A stretch of DNA of 64,000 nt from Blastocystis sp. Blastoise (Eukaryota; Protista; Bigyra: Opalinata). The first letter of the stretch is position 1. Every line of letters begins with the position of its first letter. The notes beneath the pieces were generated by a model. It was not told where the DNA came from and did not search any database. It saw only the letters and a program-made list of their open reading frames with translations. The position numbers and the translations under genes are program-made. This document shows positions 44,801 to 60,900 of this stretch, one piece after another. Location of the stretch: contig JBBPEB010000007.1 in assembly GCA_039096225.1 (NCBI GenBank), positions 1,054,001-1,118,000 of the forward strand, written 5' to 3'.

Positions 44801-47800
44801 TATCATCTTTATCATCACTCTCTTTTCCCATGATTCCCGCGGTTATGTAGGAATCAGGACTTAAAACACTTCGAGATAAACTACTACTATCCCCGCGGTT
44901 AATAATGCTATTTCTATGGAAAATAATAGAATTTCGTTTTCTTCCGGGATTATAGGCATTCATTGTTTGATTGTTATACATATATAGAGTATTATTATTT
45001 ATATCAATTCCTGTAGTCATTCCATTAGCAAGTGGCTTTGTCGAATAAGAAGGAGAGGATGCGTCATCGACGGAAGTGGGGGACATAGGAACACAATCAT
45101 AAGGTAGTGGAGATGAAGAAAGAGATAGAGGAGGTAATGGATAGTTGCCGGGAAGTGTAGTGGCGGGAACAGGAGGAGAAGAAGGAGTAGAAAGAGGAGA
45201 CGTAGATGTATTTTTATTGTTCTTTATTCCCGCGGGAATCGGTGTTTCTGATGAAGAAATAGGTCTAGACGTATTACTATTACTTCTTTGTATATGTATA
45301 TAAGGATCTAAATAATCATTTGAATATGCATATGAATAAGTAGATGGATCTTGAATCTCTGTGAAATGTTCATCTTCCCCGCGGGACTGATAGTGTAATG
45401 TATAGATCATAATCATTTCATATATTCTTGAGAGGAGTGTATAAATAATGTTTTTATAATTAAGAGAAATACTAATAGAAGTATATATATCAGGAATATG
45501 TAATTGTTCTTTAATATTATATATCTCTTTTTCATGATAAATTTGAGTATGATATAATATAAATAAATAAAATCTACATATATATATATAGAAATAAGAA
45601 TGAATAGGAAGAGAAGGAGAAAATGAAGATAATAAAGAAAACAAATGTATTAATGTTTCTGAAGGTGTTATATAGGTATAAAACCATGTCGATAAACGAT
45701 CTAAAAATATAATATATTTTAATATAATATATATAAGATAATTTAATGTATATATATATCTAGTAATAAACTAATTTATATATATAATATAATTTATGTA
45801 ATATAATATAATGTATATATATAATAATAGACTATATACCTGTATATTTATAATTTTCAAGAATATAATTAACATTTTGAAGAACATAAGTAGTATAATT
45901 AATGTTATTCATGGAAATTGCATTAGTAATACCTCCCATAGCTCTCATTCCCGTGAATATATCATCAATAATATAGGTATGTACAGGTATACTATATAAT
46001 AGATAGAAAACCATTTCTATGTATATATATTGTTCAGCTTCATCTAATAACCCATAGAAGTTCTTTTTTATACACTGAAATATTGATGAATATATATCAT
46101 TTCGCTTCAAACTCTTTTCTAGAGTCTCTGAAAATGTCTTATTTTTGCTGGAAAACTCGATAAATGTCCCTAAGAACGAAAGAAGAAGGCGATATAACGA
46201 TTCCGGCGGGGATGAATGAGTCATAGGGGAATATGTTTCTATAATTATAAATATACATTTATCATAGTAAATAGATGTTATATAAGTAATTATATATATA
46301 TATACGTAGAGATGGAGAGATAAATGGATTAAAAAGAATTTGTTTATAGGCATATACATATCCATCATCAACATCTTCTATATCCCTATATATATATATA
46401 TATAGTTATGAATATTTATATATATATATACATATTAGTATATAGATAAGGAGGAGATGAACAAGTAGGATTGAGTGGAGTAGATATATATAAACACTAT
46501 ATATATATAGAGTAGTATATGATATAATAATAATAACATATATATAATATAATATATATATATACTTCCCCTGTATAAGGAGTATAGGTGACTCTATATA
46601 TATCTGTATATATATCATTAAAAATATCAGATTTCATTCCATATCGATTGCCACTATATATAATGATATCTTTATATTTCTCTCTATATATGTTTAATTC
46701 ATTTCGTATTTTTTCTTCTAAATAATTATATTTCTTCAAATATTCATCTTTATATTTATTTGTATCTAAATATATTCCTTCGACATGAGTTTTATCTCTA
46801 TATATAAATCTATTTATATCTATATATATATTTCCTTCTTCAAAAATCTTCTTATAAATATATTCTTTAGTTAATTTCAGGGGAATATTTAATTTTAAAG
46901 GAATATATTCCGTATCCCCGTGGGGATTGATTATACGAAGATTAATTGGTTTATTAGGAATATCCATTTTCTTTTGAATAAAGAATATATATAATAATAG
47001 TATTAATCTCAAATATAAGTTTATATCTATATAAATGAATAAGATATTCTGAAAAATAATAATATTTATATATATACTTTGATCTGTTTTGTTAATAATA
47101 GAATTATTTATATTAGTCATAAATAAATCATCTAATTCCCCTTGTTTCTTCTGCATTTCCGCGGTTATTTCCACATAAAAACTTACCAGATATAGTAATA
47201 TATGTATATTTTGGGAATAATACAAAGAAATCTATATAATAATAATATTGATAATAAAAAGTATAATAATAATAATAAGTATAATAATAATATTAAACAT
47301 AATAATAATAATAAATATATATATACATTCCAGAGATATTCTTCATACACTAATTCCACTTTATTTCGTTTATAGACACCATCTTTTTCATCTAATACTA
47401 AGGATTCCCCGCGGGAATTCACTTCTTGAAAGAGTAAAAATAAAATCATTTCACTATATTTAATAATTTGACGATAAATTTCACCTTCTGGTTTGCCCAG
47501 AAAACCGTGGGAATTTGCTTCTTTTTGTGGAATAATATTAACAGATTGATAATTATCTGTTTGAAATAGATATTTATAAATATTATAATCAATGTCTTTA
47601 TATAGATTTTTATATTTATGATTATTATTCTTATATACATTTAATATATATAGATATATATGTTGAATATATAAATTTAAAGAGATACTATCAATAGTAA
47701 GAAACGTATCTCTATATAAATTATACATATATATAAGTATATAGATCTGTATATAGAAAGGAAGTGTAGGCTTTAATATATATGTATATATATTCGTCAT

Positions 47801-48152
47801 ATAATCAGAAGGAGTAATTAATGTATATATATCACAATATATATAGAGTAACGTTAATGAACAATCTAATATACTATATATAATAATAATAATAATAATT
47901 ATTATTATTATTATAAATATATATATATACTTATAAATAACTAATTTATCGGATTCAGAGGTATATGATTGAATAGTATCACTATATATATATTATTATT
48001 ATTAATATTACTATTAATATTAATATATATATACTAGATAGTAGTTATTTTATTATATAATAATTGTATGAACGTATCTGTTTTAATGCATAATATGGAA
48101 TATAAAGAACTCTGAGTAGATACAGAACTATATATATATATATATATTAATG

Positions 48153-48190
<38 letters not shown>

Positions 48191-48654
48191 CTATATATAT
48201 ATATACTCTTCATGTAATTGTTTATATAAATAAAGAAGTGCTGAATATTCATAAATCGACAAATCTCCGCGATTATACATCAAAGATAAATATTGATAAA
48301 ATAAAAGCATCTATATAGAAAATTATAAACCAAGTAAAATGAATATATATATACAAATTTTTTATATTTTTTAATTTGTGTATATATATAAATAGCTCGT
48401 TTTTCAATTGTTGCAGAATAAATTGGTATATAACAATAACTGAATATATATTTAGCACAATCATTCTATATATATATATTATTATTATTATATATTATAT
48501 ATATATTATATATACTAAATGTAATTTGATATCTTTATCATTATGTAGAGGCAAGTATATATCTATCAGTTTTATCGTTATTAATATTAAATTTTCTGTT
48601 GACGCAGTGGGTGTCATACTAAATAATTGTTCTTGAAGATAAAATAACTCTATA

Positions 48655-48694
<40 letters not shown>

Positions 48695-50183
48695 TTGGTG
48701 TATTCATAAGATCAAGAATAGAGGCAAATATATTAATAACAGAAATAGATATATATTGATAGCAATTACAAGAAATAGATAGAATTATATCTATATCTTT
48801 ATTTGTCATCTATATATATATATAAATATAATTAAATTGATTATCAATAATATTATATAAAAATCATAATAGAATAAAAATAATACTTGTATATATGTAT
48901 ATATATATCGAAATAGTTCTTTAGAAGCTAAAAGCAATGACGCATCCAAATTTGAAAATAATATAGATATAAATTTCTATATATATAAATAGGATTATAT
49001 ATAATCATCAAAAATAATTAGAAATCAAGAATATATATATATATATATATAAGAATATACTTGTTTCGTAATATATGCTGACAATGGCGGGAAAAGATCC
49101 TTATTTTCCCGCCATTCACTATCTTGGTAAAGTGATTTTAGTTTATTAATACACTATAGATATATAATTATTATTACTATTATTATATACTTGTATTTTC
49201 TTTTCTTTTTCTGGTGTTTGAAGAATAGATATCGAATAATCCACAATGAAATACATATAGATAAGAGGATCTTCATAACTATATATATATAATAATAATA
49301 ATGGAAATATGAACACTATATATATACCAATTAGTTTTTCGAATCCAATCAACGATTTGAAAATATATATAAGTATTATTATACTGAAAATGTGGAACAT
49401 TATAAATATCCCCATATCTATATAATGCATATATATTATATTAATAATAATTTATTATTATTAATATATAAATTTAAAAAATTTACAATTCAATTATTTT
49501 AGAATAAGAGTCTAAAATAGTAAATTTTTGCTGTTTATCTAAGGATAAACATATATCTCTTCTATATATAGAATTAATAATAATATATAGAGAATAAATA
49601 ATAATAATATAAGAATTAATAATAATATATAGAGAATAAATAATAATATAAGAATTAATAATAATATAAGAATTAATAATATATATAGAATTTAAAAAAC
49701 ATATATATATCTACAATAAATTAATCATTTCAATATCTTTCTTTAAATAGCTTCCAGTAATAATATATATAGCATAAGAATAAAATATAATTCGTTGGTC
49801 GACATCACATGCAGCTGAAGGCTATATCATACATATACATATATATAATAAACAGAATACATATACTACAATTTATATTACAAAAAAAAGTTAAAAAGGA
49901 TATATAAAATAAATATTTACAAGTTTTAGAATTTCTCGAATTGATTCATTGAGAAGTGAACAAAAATGGGAATTAAAATTCTGATTATTATCATGAATCA
50001 ACGTTTGAATGGAAGAAAAACAATCATGAAATTGGATTTCAGACTATTGTATATTAGTAAAAACAACTCTTTATAATTAAGTATATATACAGAGTTAAAG
50101 AAATTAAGTAAACACGTAATAGGATTGACATCTTGTAAGGATGATTGATCTGTCGTTACAGAATTGTCTTTCTGTTTTTGCAT
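38321..50183 (-). CDS. Giant ubiquitin carboxyl-terminal hydrolase (USP/peptidase C19; USP9/24/34-like architecture), about 30 introns
   Basis: Exons join in frame from MQKQKDNS (50183) to TAA at 38321. Cys box [41 protein letters not shown], His box [32 protein letters not shown]. Confidence 0.88.
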
Positions 50184-50943
50184 CCTATTTCTCTCTAAAT
50201 ATAAATAAAATAAGAAAATAAAGACAATGAACTAAAAGAAATTTATTTACATCAGGAGTTATACGAGTCAACGATAATAAGCAATTTTGTTATATGCTTT
50301 ATAGAACTAGATTCTACTAGTATATAAATAAAATAATCAATAAAAAGCTGGATAAACCTTAAAAAAGATGAACGTCTTTTAAAGGACCTGAAAAAGTCTT
50401 AAATATAGATTCAGTTTTCGTTATTGACACGCTTCGTCATACAAATTATGAGATTCTAGACATAGATATGACAATATGTCTGTCTACTGATACTCTATGA
50501 AGGCATATGAAGGCGTCTATAAAGACTTTTCTTTCAAAATAATACTTTGAAACAAATGGCTCCAAAAATAATTAATACGTGTATAACTTCAAATAGTATA
50601 TGCTATGAGAATCTATTTCTTTATCTTCTTTTTCCGTTATTTTTCCATTAATCAAAAGAAGAATAACAAAAAAAATAGTAATCATTAACAGTTTTAACTG
50701 CTCTAAGAAAAAAAGAGAAAGAAAATAGAAAATCCACAAAAAAAAAATAAATAAGACTATATAGAATACAAATTATAAAATACAATATATTTCGATATAC
50801 AAAAAAAGTATTCAAATTTAAAAAAAAAAATAGACAAAAAAGATAGATATCAATACAACAATAAGAACAAAAGTTTTCACACATATAAAAATAAGAATAA
50901 AAATGAAAAAAGTAATAAAGAAATAATAATAATGGAACTTCTT

Positions 50944-53041
50944 TTAATTGAAAGTAAATACTTCTAAATGTGTGAATCGAGCAGAAACATAACGATTTTC
51001 TTCATTTTTATCTCCAAAAAGTTTACAATTAAATGTATCACAATCTTGGATATCAAAAGAACCATCTTTAAATTTAGACCATACACTTCCTGCGAAAGGT
51101 CTTCCATTTTCTTTAAATTGATACATAATAGAATAAGCATTATTTTGATATAAAGTATCAAATCGTGAATAATAAGAAGGATATAATTGGCGTTCATCAA
51201 AGAATCGTTCTTCTATACCTATATCTGTTCCACAACCAATTTTTATACCTACAGATTCGTCATAACGAACAGCAGTTGAAGGATCAACAATTGCAAACTT
51301 ATGTGACTTTATATTTGAATTAGACTCTAAAGTAAATAAAAAAGCTTTTTCATCATTTATATAACCTTTCAAATCTAAATAGAAGAAAATTATAATAAAA
51401 AAAACTTAGTATTCCTAATAATTGATTAATTATTGATTAATTATTGATTAATTATTGATTAATTATTGATTCATAAAGAATATTATTAATATCATAATTA
51501 TATATAATACTATAAAAAAATACTTTTATTTTTCTTATATTCAACACTGATATAAGCACCGAATTTATATATATCATTATATTGATTGACTTGTAAGACT
51601 ATAAGTAGATTTGAGTGATTATCCACGTATTTATGAAAATCATCATTAGTATACGACATATCAGTGGCACTAGAGGAATAGATAGATAGAGAATTATTAT
51701 TATTTTATTTATATAATTTTTTTATTATTCATTATTATCAGAGATTTATAAACTGAATAATAATAGGAAAAGAAATATATATATATATTGATTTAAAATA
51801 GGAAAATTTATAAAAGTAAAAAAAAATTAAAAAAAAGATAAAATAAAAAAAAGATTAAAGAAAGATTTAAAAAAAAGATAAAAAATTAAAAAATTAAAAA
51901 TGAAAAAATACAAAAAAAGATAAAAAAACAAAAAATATACTTATAAATTAATTTAGCTTTCTTATCAAATCCAAGCATTTCTTGTAAATTCGATACATCT
52001 GGTTTCTCTATTATTTGTGTTCTAGGATAATATTTATCTAAAGTATCTAATAAATATAACTGAGGTATTTCTTGTGGATTATGAATAAAGAATGCAAATT
52101 CACCTTCAATAATAGGAATAATTTTATTATCTGTAGAGAATATTTGCTGGTTTCCTGTATGAAACCATCGACATATCGACTCAAAATGTTTTATTTTTGA
52201 AGGAACTATAAATATATTTTCTTCTATATTATATATAAATTCTTCATTATAAGGTTGATCTAAAATACAACTTTTTAATTGACGTTCAGAAAGAGTATTA
52301 AAATCAAGAATACATGTATAATTATCAAAGGACTGAAAAATACGTACAGGATCATTCCAGCGAGTATCAGCCATTTTCATCAAAAATACCTGAGGAAATA
52401 AATGTAAATCACCAGCTTTAATATGTTGAATACCAAAGATCAATTCAGTTATATTATTCGCAGATAAACTATACTCAAAATTATTCGCATATTCATCTTC
52501 AACCTATTATATATAGATATATTTATATTTATAATAGATAAAAATTATATTCATCTTTATATATAATAGTATAAATTGTTTATAATTATAAGATAATGTA
52601 AAATTGATTCTAATCATATAATATTCTACTATATTGAATCATTAATAATAACAATATATACACATAATAAATTATGTTTTGGAATCAAATGATAATTTTG
52701 AGGGAAAAACTCCATTCCATAAAAAATAAGTGCTACAAGAATGATGACAATGATCAACAGAAATAGTAACGTAATAATAATCAATTGTTGGCGATGTTCG
52801 GAATTTTGAATAACTATAGAAACAATTAAGCATTTAAAAAATAGATTTAAATCATTGTATTCTATAAATAAAGAAAAGATAAATCTTTATACATACAATT
52901 ATCGTGTTCTTCTTCTCGAAGAAGAGATCCAATCGAAAAAAGTCGATCTCGTTTGGTTTCTTGCTTTTCATCATCTGTATAAAATATAGCATTATCAAAC
53001 ATCTTTGTAATCGATAAATCTTCAGAATGAAATGAAAACAT
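50944..53041 (-). CDS. TLDc-domain protein with an N-terminal TM helix and a degenerate BTB-like region
   Basis: TM LIIITLLFLLIIVIILVALIFY. TLDc motifs AKLIY|.ATD....DDFHKYVDN..NLLIV, KFGAYIS, AFLFTL, IGCGTDIGI, THLEVFTFN*. Confidence 0.78.
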
Positions 53042-53678
53042 TTTACTTACAATTACTGTCAGACATTACTGAAATAACAATTCAAATATGTGTTTTTTGG
53101 AATCTTTGGAACTCTGTTTAAAACTAGAAGTCTTGGAAATCACTGATAATTGACTCAACTAAGACAACAGAAGCAACAAAATGAAAAAGAAAGTCAACTA
53201 CTTTTTCTTAAAAGAATTCCATGGAACAAAACAGTTTCCTTGAACTATTTTAAAAAATTTGCTCCATAACAATAATACATTTCCACGATTATATGAAAGA
53301 ATTACCTTCAATTTCTAAGAGTTTGTAGTTCTAAAGAAATTTCTATAAAGCAAAATATGTGAATTGATTCTCAAAAGAACAATTTCTCTTTCTCAAACAG
53401 ATTGTATAGATATTTATGATCTTAAACTTTTTAAGAATTTTGGTACTATTCCTGAAATGATAAAAACACTTTACTTTCGATTTATTCAACACCATGATCA
53501 CTAAATGTTGAAAATTACGCATAAGCATTTATGTATAATACATGAATATGATTATAAATAATTGTAACATATTGAATCATTCAAATTCTTTTAAAATCAA
53601 CAACAAAACACGAAAAATATGAATTATCATACACTAAAAATAGTTTTTATTTGATATTATATATTAGGTTTTTAAGGA

Positions 53679-53812
53679 TTAGTTAGAGGGTAAGCATAGA
53701 GCCATAGAGAACTATATAAATAGAAACATATAATAAGAATTTTATTATTTAATCAAAAAAATATATTTTTTTTTAAACATTAGAATATATACTATAATAA
53801 AAATACAAAAGA

Positions 53813-53856
<44 letters not shown>

Positions 53857-54579
53857 TTGCATGAATACAGAGACACCAATAATAATCCAAGTACCATATT
53901 TTTGGAAGAATGTTTTTTCAGGAGGAATAACAACACGAGCAGCAGAAATAATAATAGCTTTGTCTTTTTGATAATTAGTGAATTTTAATGAAATATGATC
54001 TTTTTGATAAGTAGTAAATTCAAAATTATATTCAGAATTAGTAATTTTACCAGTAGCAGACTATAAATAAATGACATTTTAATAATAATATTTAAATAAT
54101 AAAAATATTTTAATAATAATAATAATAATATGATAATAATAATATTATTATTATAAATAATAAAATGAATATAATAATAAAAATCATACGAAGACTTCAT
54201 TCTTTAATTGTTCTTCAAGAACAATTTCAAAGAGATTTTGGATTTCTTCTTCAGAAGAAGGTTCATATTTTCTTACGATACCAGTAGAGTTGCTTGTAGC
54301 AAGAAGAATGTATTCATAGGAGACAGGAACTCTTTCAAAAGTATTAATATCAACAAGAGTAAAAACGAATTCATCAGGAATATCGTTCTTTGTAACATTA
54401 TATTGATATAAAGGTTTTGATTCAAGAACGGAACCAGTAGAGAGACTAACAGTCTTTTCACTAATGATCCAACTACCAAGTAATGATTGTTTAAGTGCAA
54501 AAGGATGTTGATGAACAGGAGCAGCAAGACATACAGAGAGGATGCATGCAAATAAAGCAAAATATTTCACAGAAAACAT
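53679..54579 (-). CDS. Signal-peptide, single-pass membrane protein (C-terminal EKTFFQKYG-W-hydrophobic, EMC10-like motif), 3 exons
   Basis: MFSVKYFALFACILSVCLA signal peptide. Exons 54579-~54189, 54060-~53857 and 53711-53679 join in frame. The family assignment is weak. Confidence 0.6.
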
Positions 54580-55326
54580 TATTAATCAAGAAGAAAAGGA
54601 TATTTATAAGTATAAAAATAAAAAACAAAAAAATTATGTGAATGGAATTCATTTACATTCTATAGAATAATAAAAAATAATGATTAATTTCTTTTAATAT
54701 AAAACCCTATTCTTTGAACTTATTCCTTATTTATTTCTATTTTACAAGTATTGTTGTATTGTCTCGTAAATAGTCATTGCTTTTAACAAAAATTCAATTC
54801 AGATATTTATATAATGAACGTGATCAATAAAATATTTCGTCGTTAATCTAATATCTTTATATGAAAACTGTGTCAATAGTTTTCATGAACTAATGTAAAA
54901 TAAAAATATACTATTTTGAAATAATTTATTGTGAAAAATTAACATCTTTCACGAATTAGATTTATATGTTCATAAATATAAAGATATATACAAAACACAA
55001 GATATATATAATAAATCGTGATAATCGAAAAGAATGTTTTTCAACAAAAAACAGATAAAAATAAAAATAATAGAAATATAACATATAAAAAAAATGATAA
55101 TATACAATAAGCATATGTTTAATACAATGAAAATACATATAGTTCTTGAATGAGAAAGAATATATAATAAAAAAAATATTAAACATAGGATTATAAATAC
55201 TTATATGAATAATTATTTAAAAAAAAAGAAAAAGTTATAGTTATATAGATATATATATATAGCCAATGTATCATAGAAAGAAGATGGAAAAGATATATAT
55301 TAAATATATTTATAAAAAAAAAGTTA

Positions 55327-55382
<56 letters not shown>

Positions 55383-55387
<5 letters not shown>

Positions 55388-57219
55388 GGAAATAATCTGG
55401 TGCCCTTTGTGTGACTTCAGGTTCAGAGGAACGAGGGGCAGGATCAAATTGAATACTATATATATATATATTGATTTAGTAATTAATGTATTTATTTATA
55501 TATATATGAATTTATAAACTATAAATAATTTTTAGAATAATAAGCAAGTTATTAAAATAATATAAAAGAATATAAATAATTCATAAAAAAAATAATATAT
55601 TTAAAAAATGAAGTATACAATTAATAGATATATATAGAATAACATAGTGTATAATATATATTTATATAAATGTATATATATATACAATTGATAAGAAAGA
55701 TCTTCTCCGACTTCTAGAATAGCAGCTTGATTACCACATCTATAACAATAATTAGGAGCACTAAATATAGTAACTACATTCTGATTATGACACCAATTAT
55801 AACCCTTTAAATATATATAAATAATAAAAACAATATATAGAATAAAATAAATACTAATTATTATTAAATATATTATATATATATTTATAAAGACTATTAT
55901 AAATGTTTATTTAATAATATCATATATATATATATATATATACTTCCATAACTAGTTGATGAGCTCTTGCAATTAATTGTAAATTATTTTCTTGATTAAA
56001 TTTATCACTAATATCACCTCCAAAGGTATATCCTGCTCCCCGCGGGGATGGACCCCATCCACTATTATCATCAGGATCAGACCATAATAAATCACACATA
56101 GAACCATCGTAAGAAGGAATTAAAGATTATATTATTATTATTATTATTATTATTATATAATGAAATAAAAAAACATGAATATACTATATCATATAGATAC
56201 AATAAATCAACAATAATAACAAATCAATAATAATAAATCAATAATAACATAACAACAATAATAAATCAATAATAACATAACAACAATAATAAATCAATAA
56301 TAACATAACAACAATAATAAATCAATAATAACATAACAACAATAATAAATCAATAATAACATAACAACAATAATAAATCAATAATAATAAATCAATAATA
56401 ACATAACAACAATAATAAAACTATAATAAAAAGGATATATGTGGTATTTCCTGTACTCGATCTAGTTCTCTGATTTTATCTAAAGTATCGATAGAAGGAG
56501 ATAAGCCGCCATGTAAACTAAATATAGTATTCTCTACAACAGCAGTTAAAGGTAAATAATCAAATAAATCGGTAAAATATTTCCAAACATTTATATTACC
56601 ATATTTTCTTAAGCACTCATCATAAAAACCATAAACTTGAGTAATTTGACGACTTTCATGATTTCCTCGTAATATATATATACGATCTGGATAACGAATC
56701 TTTAGTAAAAACAATAATGTAGCTGTCTCAACCTATATATAGAACAACATAACATGAATTCTTTTAAATAATTAGAAGAAAATTTTTTTATAAAAATATT
56801 AATAATCTCAATTAAATAGGATATATATTCATTACATACAGAATAATAACCTCGATCGACATAATCACCCATAAAGAGATAATTTGTATCTGGTAATTTT
56901 CCTCCAATTCTAAAAAGCTCAGCAAGATCGTGATACTGACCATGAACATCACCACATATAGTCACAGGAGCACTCACAGATTGTACATTTGACTCTTCAC
57001 ATAATACCTCACGAGCCTAATATATATATATATATAACAAAATAAAAATTAATTATATCCAAAGTATTTTTTTTTTATTTATTTAATAATAATTCAAATA
57101 TTAAAATGTACTTTATCGCATAAAACTTTCACATCACTTTCGGGAAGTGTATTACACTCACTGACATGATTAATCCATTCATCAATTTGCTGCGATCCTA
57201 ATACTACTGCTTCAGTCAT
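55383..57219 (-). CDS. PPP2CA: Serine/threonine protein phosphatase 2A catalytic subunit
   Basis: GDVHGQ, GDYVDRG, RGNHE, HGGLSP, EIPH|[41 protein letters not shown]-terminal RAPDYFL*. Confidence 0.96.
56109..56438 (-). other. U12-type AT-AC intron, 330 nt, in PP2A-C
   Basis: Donor CAT|ATATCCTTTT, branch-like TCTTTAAT, acceptor CTTAC|GATGGT. Removal restores the conserved [16 protein letters not shown]. Confidence 0.95.
56215..56420. repeat. ~28-nt minisatellite (aataataaatcaataataacataacaac)n inside the U12 intron
   Basis: Visible tandem copies. Confidence 0.88.
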
Positions 57220-57976
57220 TTTTTAAATTTAATGAATTCAAAAAATATATCAATAATATAATAAGTTAGTTTATATTATTCAATAGAAGAATATATATCA
57301 TTTAAAAATGGAATTCCTACTGAAACATCGAAGAATCAGGTTCTTTTATAAAACCATTTTTATAAACATGGTTTTCTATAGGTGTTCACTTGATTTATTA
57401 AAATAATCGTAGTTTCTCAGTTTTCTTGAAAAGTCTTAATTCCTAAAACTGTTTTCTCTATTCTTAACGAATTTATTCAATGATTCATATATTATATTAT
57501 GGGTCTTTTAATTATATATCATAATTCATATTTCGTTTTTGAAACCATTTCATGATGTCAAATCTAAATAATGAATTGTTTTCTTTGAAGAACAATATTT
57601 TTCTAATGTTTTTTTCTTTTTTCTTTTTTCTTTTTGCAAATTGTATTGCTTTTCATGCAAAATATTTCCAATATATTCATCGTTATATTAATTCTTAAAC
57701 ATGCTAAAGAATGGGATTGTCGAAACAAATTTATTCTCTTATAATGAATGAATTTCATTTGTTTTCATCAAATAAATAGTGACTAGACTGTTCCTCATTA
57801 TTATCGTTTAAAATTATATATATGGAATAAAAAATAAAACACATTCGAAGTCAAATTCTTTTAAATACACATAAAGCAGTAAATAAGAAATGGTATAATA
57901 AATATGACAATAAGGTATAAAAAAATTAATATAGACAAAATGAAGATATATATAAGAAAGAAAAAAAAAGTATTTA

Positions 57977-60900
57977 TTAGTTTTCAGAAGATTTTCCATA
58001 TTTTTTAATATAATAATTAACGAAATCTCTATTTATAATAGGTTTGCCTTGAACTTGATAGAATAGATATAAAGCATTCATTGTAACAATCATGTTTTCA
58101 TCGATTTCTTCGCATTTCATATCACTATAAGAAAACCATTTTTTAACACCATCAATTGTATCACAGCACGAAGTATAATAATGACCTCCATTAAGATCCC
58201 CTGTATGGTAGCAAACACTCACTAAATCATAACGATTTCCATAACCATTTTCAGAAGTTTTTGAATGATCATCAAAGAAAGCATCAAATGATAAATCTGT
58301 GAAAGGGAACGAAATGCAACGACCTGATTTAGCCTGTTGGCCATTACCTGAATCTACTGTACGATCTAAATGAATTATTATATAGGAAGGTAATTGAGTA
58401 ATATAATGTTTTGTTCTATATAATGATTTCTTTTGACATACGTCACAGTACCTATAATTTATTATTTATTAGATATTATATATTATTTATTAGATATTAT
58501 ATATTATATATTATATATTATTTATTAGATATTATATATTATATATTATTTATTAGATATTATATATTATATATTATATATTATATATTATTTATTAGAG
58601 ACAATATAATATATTATATATAATATATAATATATTAGATAGAATAATTATAAAAACAGATATATATACATACCATTCAGGATCGTTTTGATATGCAAAA
58701 TCTTCATTAAAATAATTGTATAATGCTTTTTGAAGTGTATCTTCTTTATATGGGTTTTCATATTTAATAATAATAGTATTGGGATCAGTTTTATTATCAA
58801 TTTCAAAAGAATTAGCATTCTTTGTATTAAAACTATTTTTATTTTCAGAATTACTACGATTCAGACCATTTTCAGATACATTAAGAACAGAAGTATATAA
58901 GGATTCATTTGTTGTAGTTTTAAGTGAATTTAATGAATAATGATCAAGATTAATACAATTCTCAAGAGTAACTTTAAAATAATTAGGAGTAAGAGCAGTA
59001 GTCAATGACTTTACTAAATGATCGACAGTATATGTATATGCACTTCCTTGTTGATTATTATTATTATTAACAGTAATATTATTAAGAAGAGGAATAGATA
59101 TACACGCGCAATCGTTACTATAATCTAAAGACTGGAAGAATTGAAGTAATGTCATTTGTTTAATACGTTCATCTTCAACATGAAGAGGACAATTATAACA
59201 TAAAGGAGATTTTGTCTGGCCTTGCATAGAACGAATAGAGGTATAATATACATTAGATAAATCACCTATATACAAATAATAATAAAAAAACATTATATAA
59301 CAAATATAATTATTTATTAAAGAAATGCTATTATAAATATAATAAATCACAGATAACTAGAGTTTTATATAAGTAACATATTTATTGACATATAGAAAAC
59401 ATATTATATATATTCTATATACTGAGATTATTGAAATCCTCATTAATAGCAGTAATTAGAGCGTTCAAGATCCAACATATATAATCAAAAGGAAGTTCTG
59501 TAGGAATATATAATAATACGGGGAAGCCGACAGCGGTTAATTTATTCTTACTAAGTCTTATATGAGATGGGAACGAAGTAACACTAAATGTGAAAAGAAC
59601 AGGAATAAGAGGAGACTCAATTGGAGATTGATTCGAATAGAAAAATAATGAATCTCGCTATATATATATGGAAAAAAATAAAAGATTTTGATAGTAGAAT
59701 ATTTTTTAATAAGAATAAAGAACTAATTAGAAATATATATAATATATATATTCTTAACATAAAATATATATATATAATATAAGAAAAAAAAGAATATAAA
59801 ATAAGGATTAAATAAATATATATATATATATATATATACCATTAATTGTTGTTTGGAGAAACAGATCAAGCACAGTGTCTTTGACTTTTCTTCCAATATA
59901 TATTTTTCTTCTTTCTTTAAAAGAATTTCAACATCGTTTTCCAACTTTGCACATGAATACTAAATATATATATTATTAAATATAATAAAGATATATATAA
60001 TTATATATAATTATATATAATAAATATAATTATAAATATAATTATAATTATATATAATATATATAATTATATATTATAAAAAGAAAATAAAAAAAAAATT
60101 TAATAACTAAAATAGAATGAATAAAAAATTAATTCTAAAATAAAAACTATTATTCTATATATCATAATATTTATATATATATACATAATAATATCCATCA
60201 GTAACTTCTTCTCTAGCAAATAGCATCAAATCATCTGCAGGTAAATTCAATTTTGTTTCAATTTGAATTTTTATGGCTCCTAAAGCAGTGCTAAGTTTTG
60301 TGAATAATTTAATTGGCTTAATATCATATGATAAAGATTGTTCATTTGCTGTCAACGTCAATTTTTGAAAGATTAAGTAAATCGTGATAGACAGTGTTGG
60401 AGGCGGCATATTCACGGGAATTAAGCTCATTACAGAAGTGGATGCATGTTTCTAATAGAGAGAAGAAATAATATAGATTTACAAAAGTTATATATTAATA
60501 ATTAGAGAAATAATAATAGAAATAAAACTAGTATATAGTAATTTGAGGATAAACTTTTAAATACAAATAAATTATGTATATATATATAGATATATATATA
60601 TACATGATTATTATATAAGCATGAGATGACTTGATTGGTTTTAATACAGTAACAATCTGATTGGTTGTTTTGAATTGAAGAGGAAACACCATTCTCCTTA
60701 GAATTAGAAGAAGAAGAAGGAAAAAGACAGTCTAAAGATCGCATCTATATATATAAAGAATAGTTTTCATACATAATTAGAGTAATATAGAGAAATATAT
60801 ATTTAACAAGAATTCTTATATATCGAAGTAATTCATATATATAAATAATAGCAATGAATTTTGGGTGATGTTAAAAATGATGTGAATAACAATAAAACCA

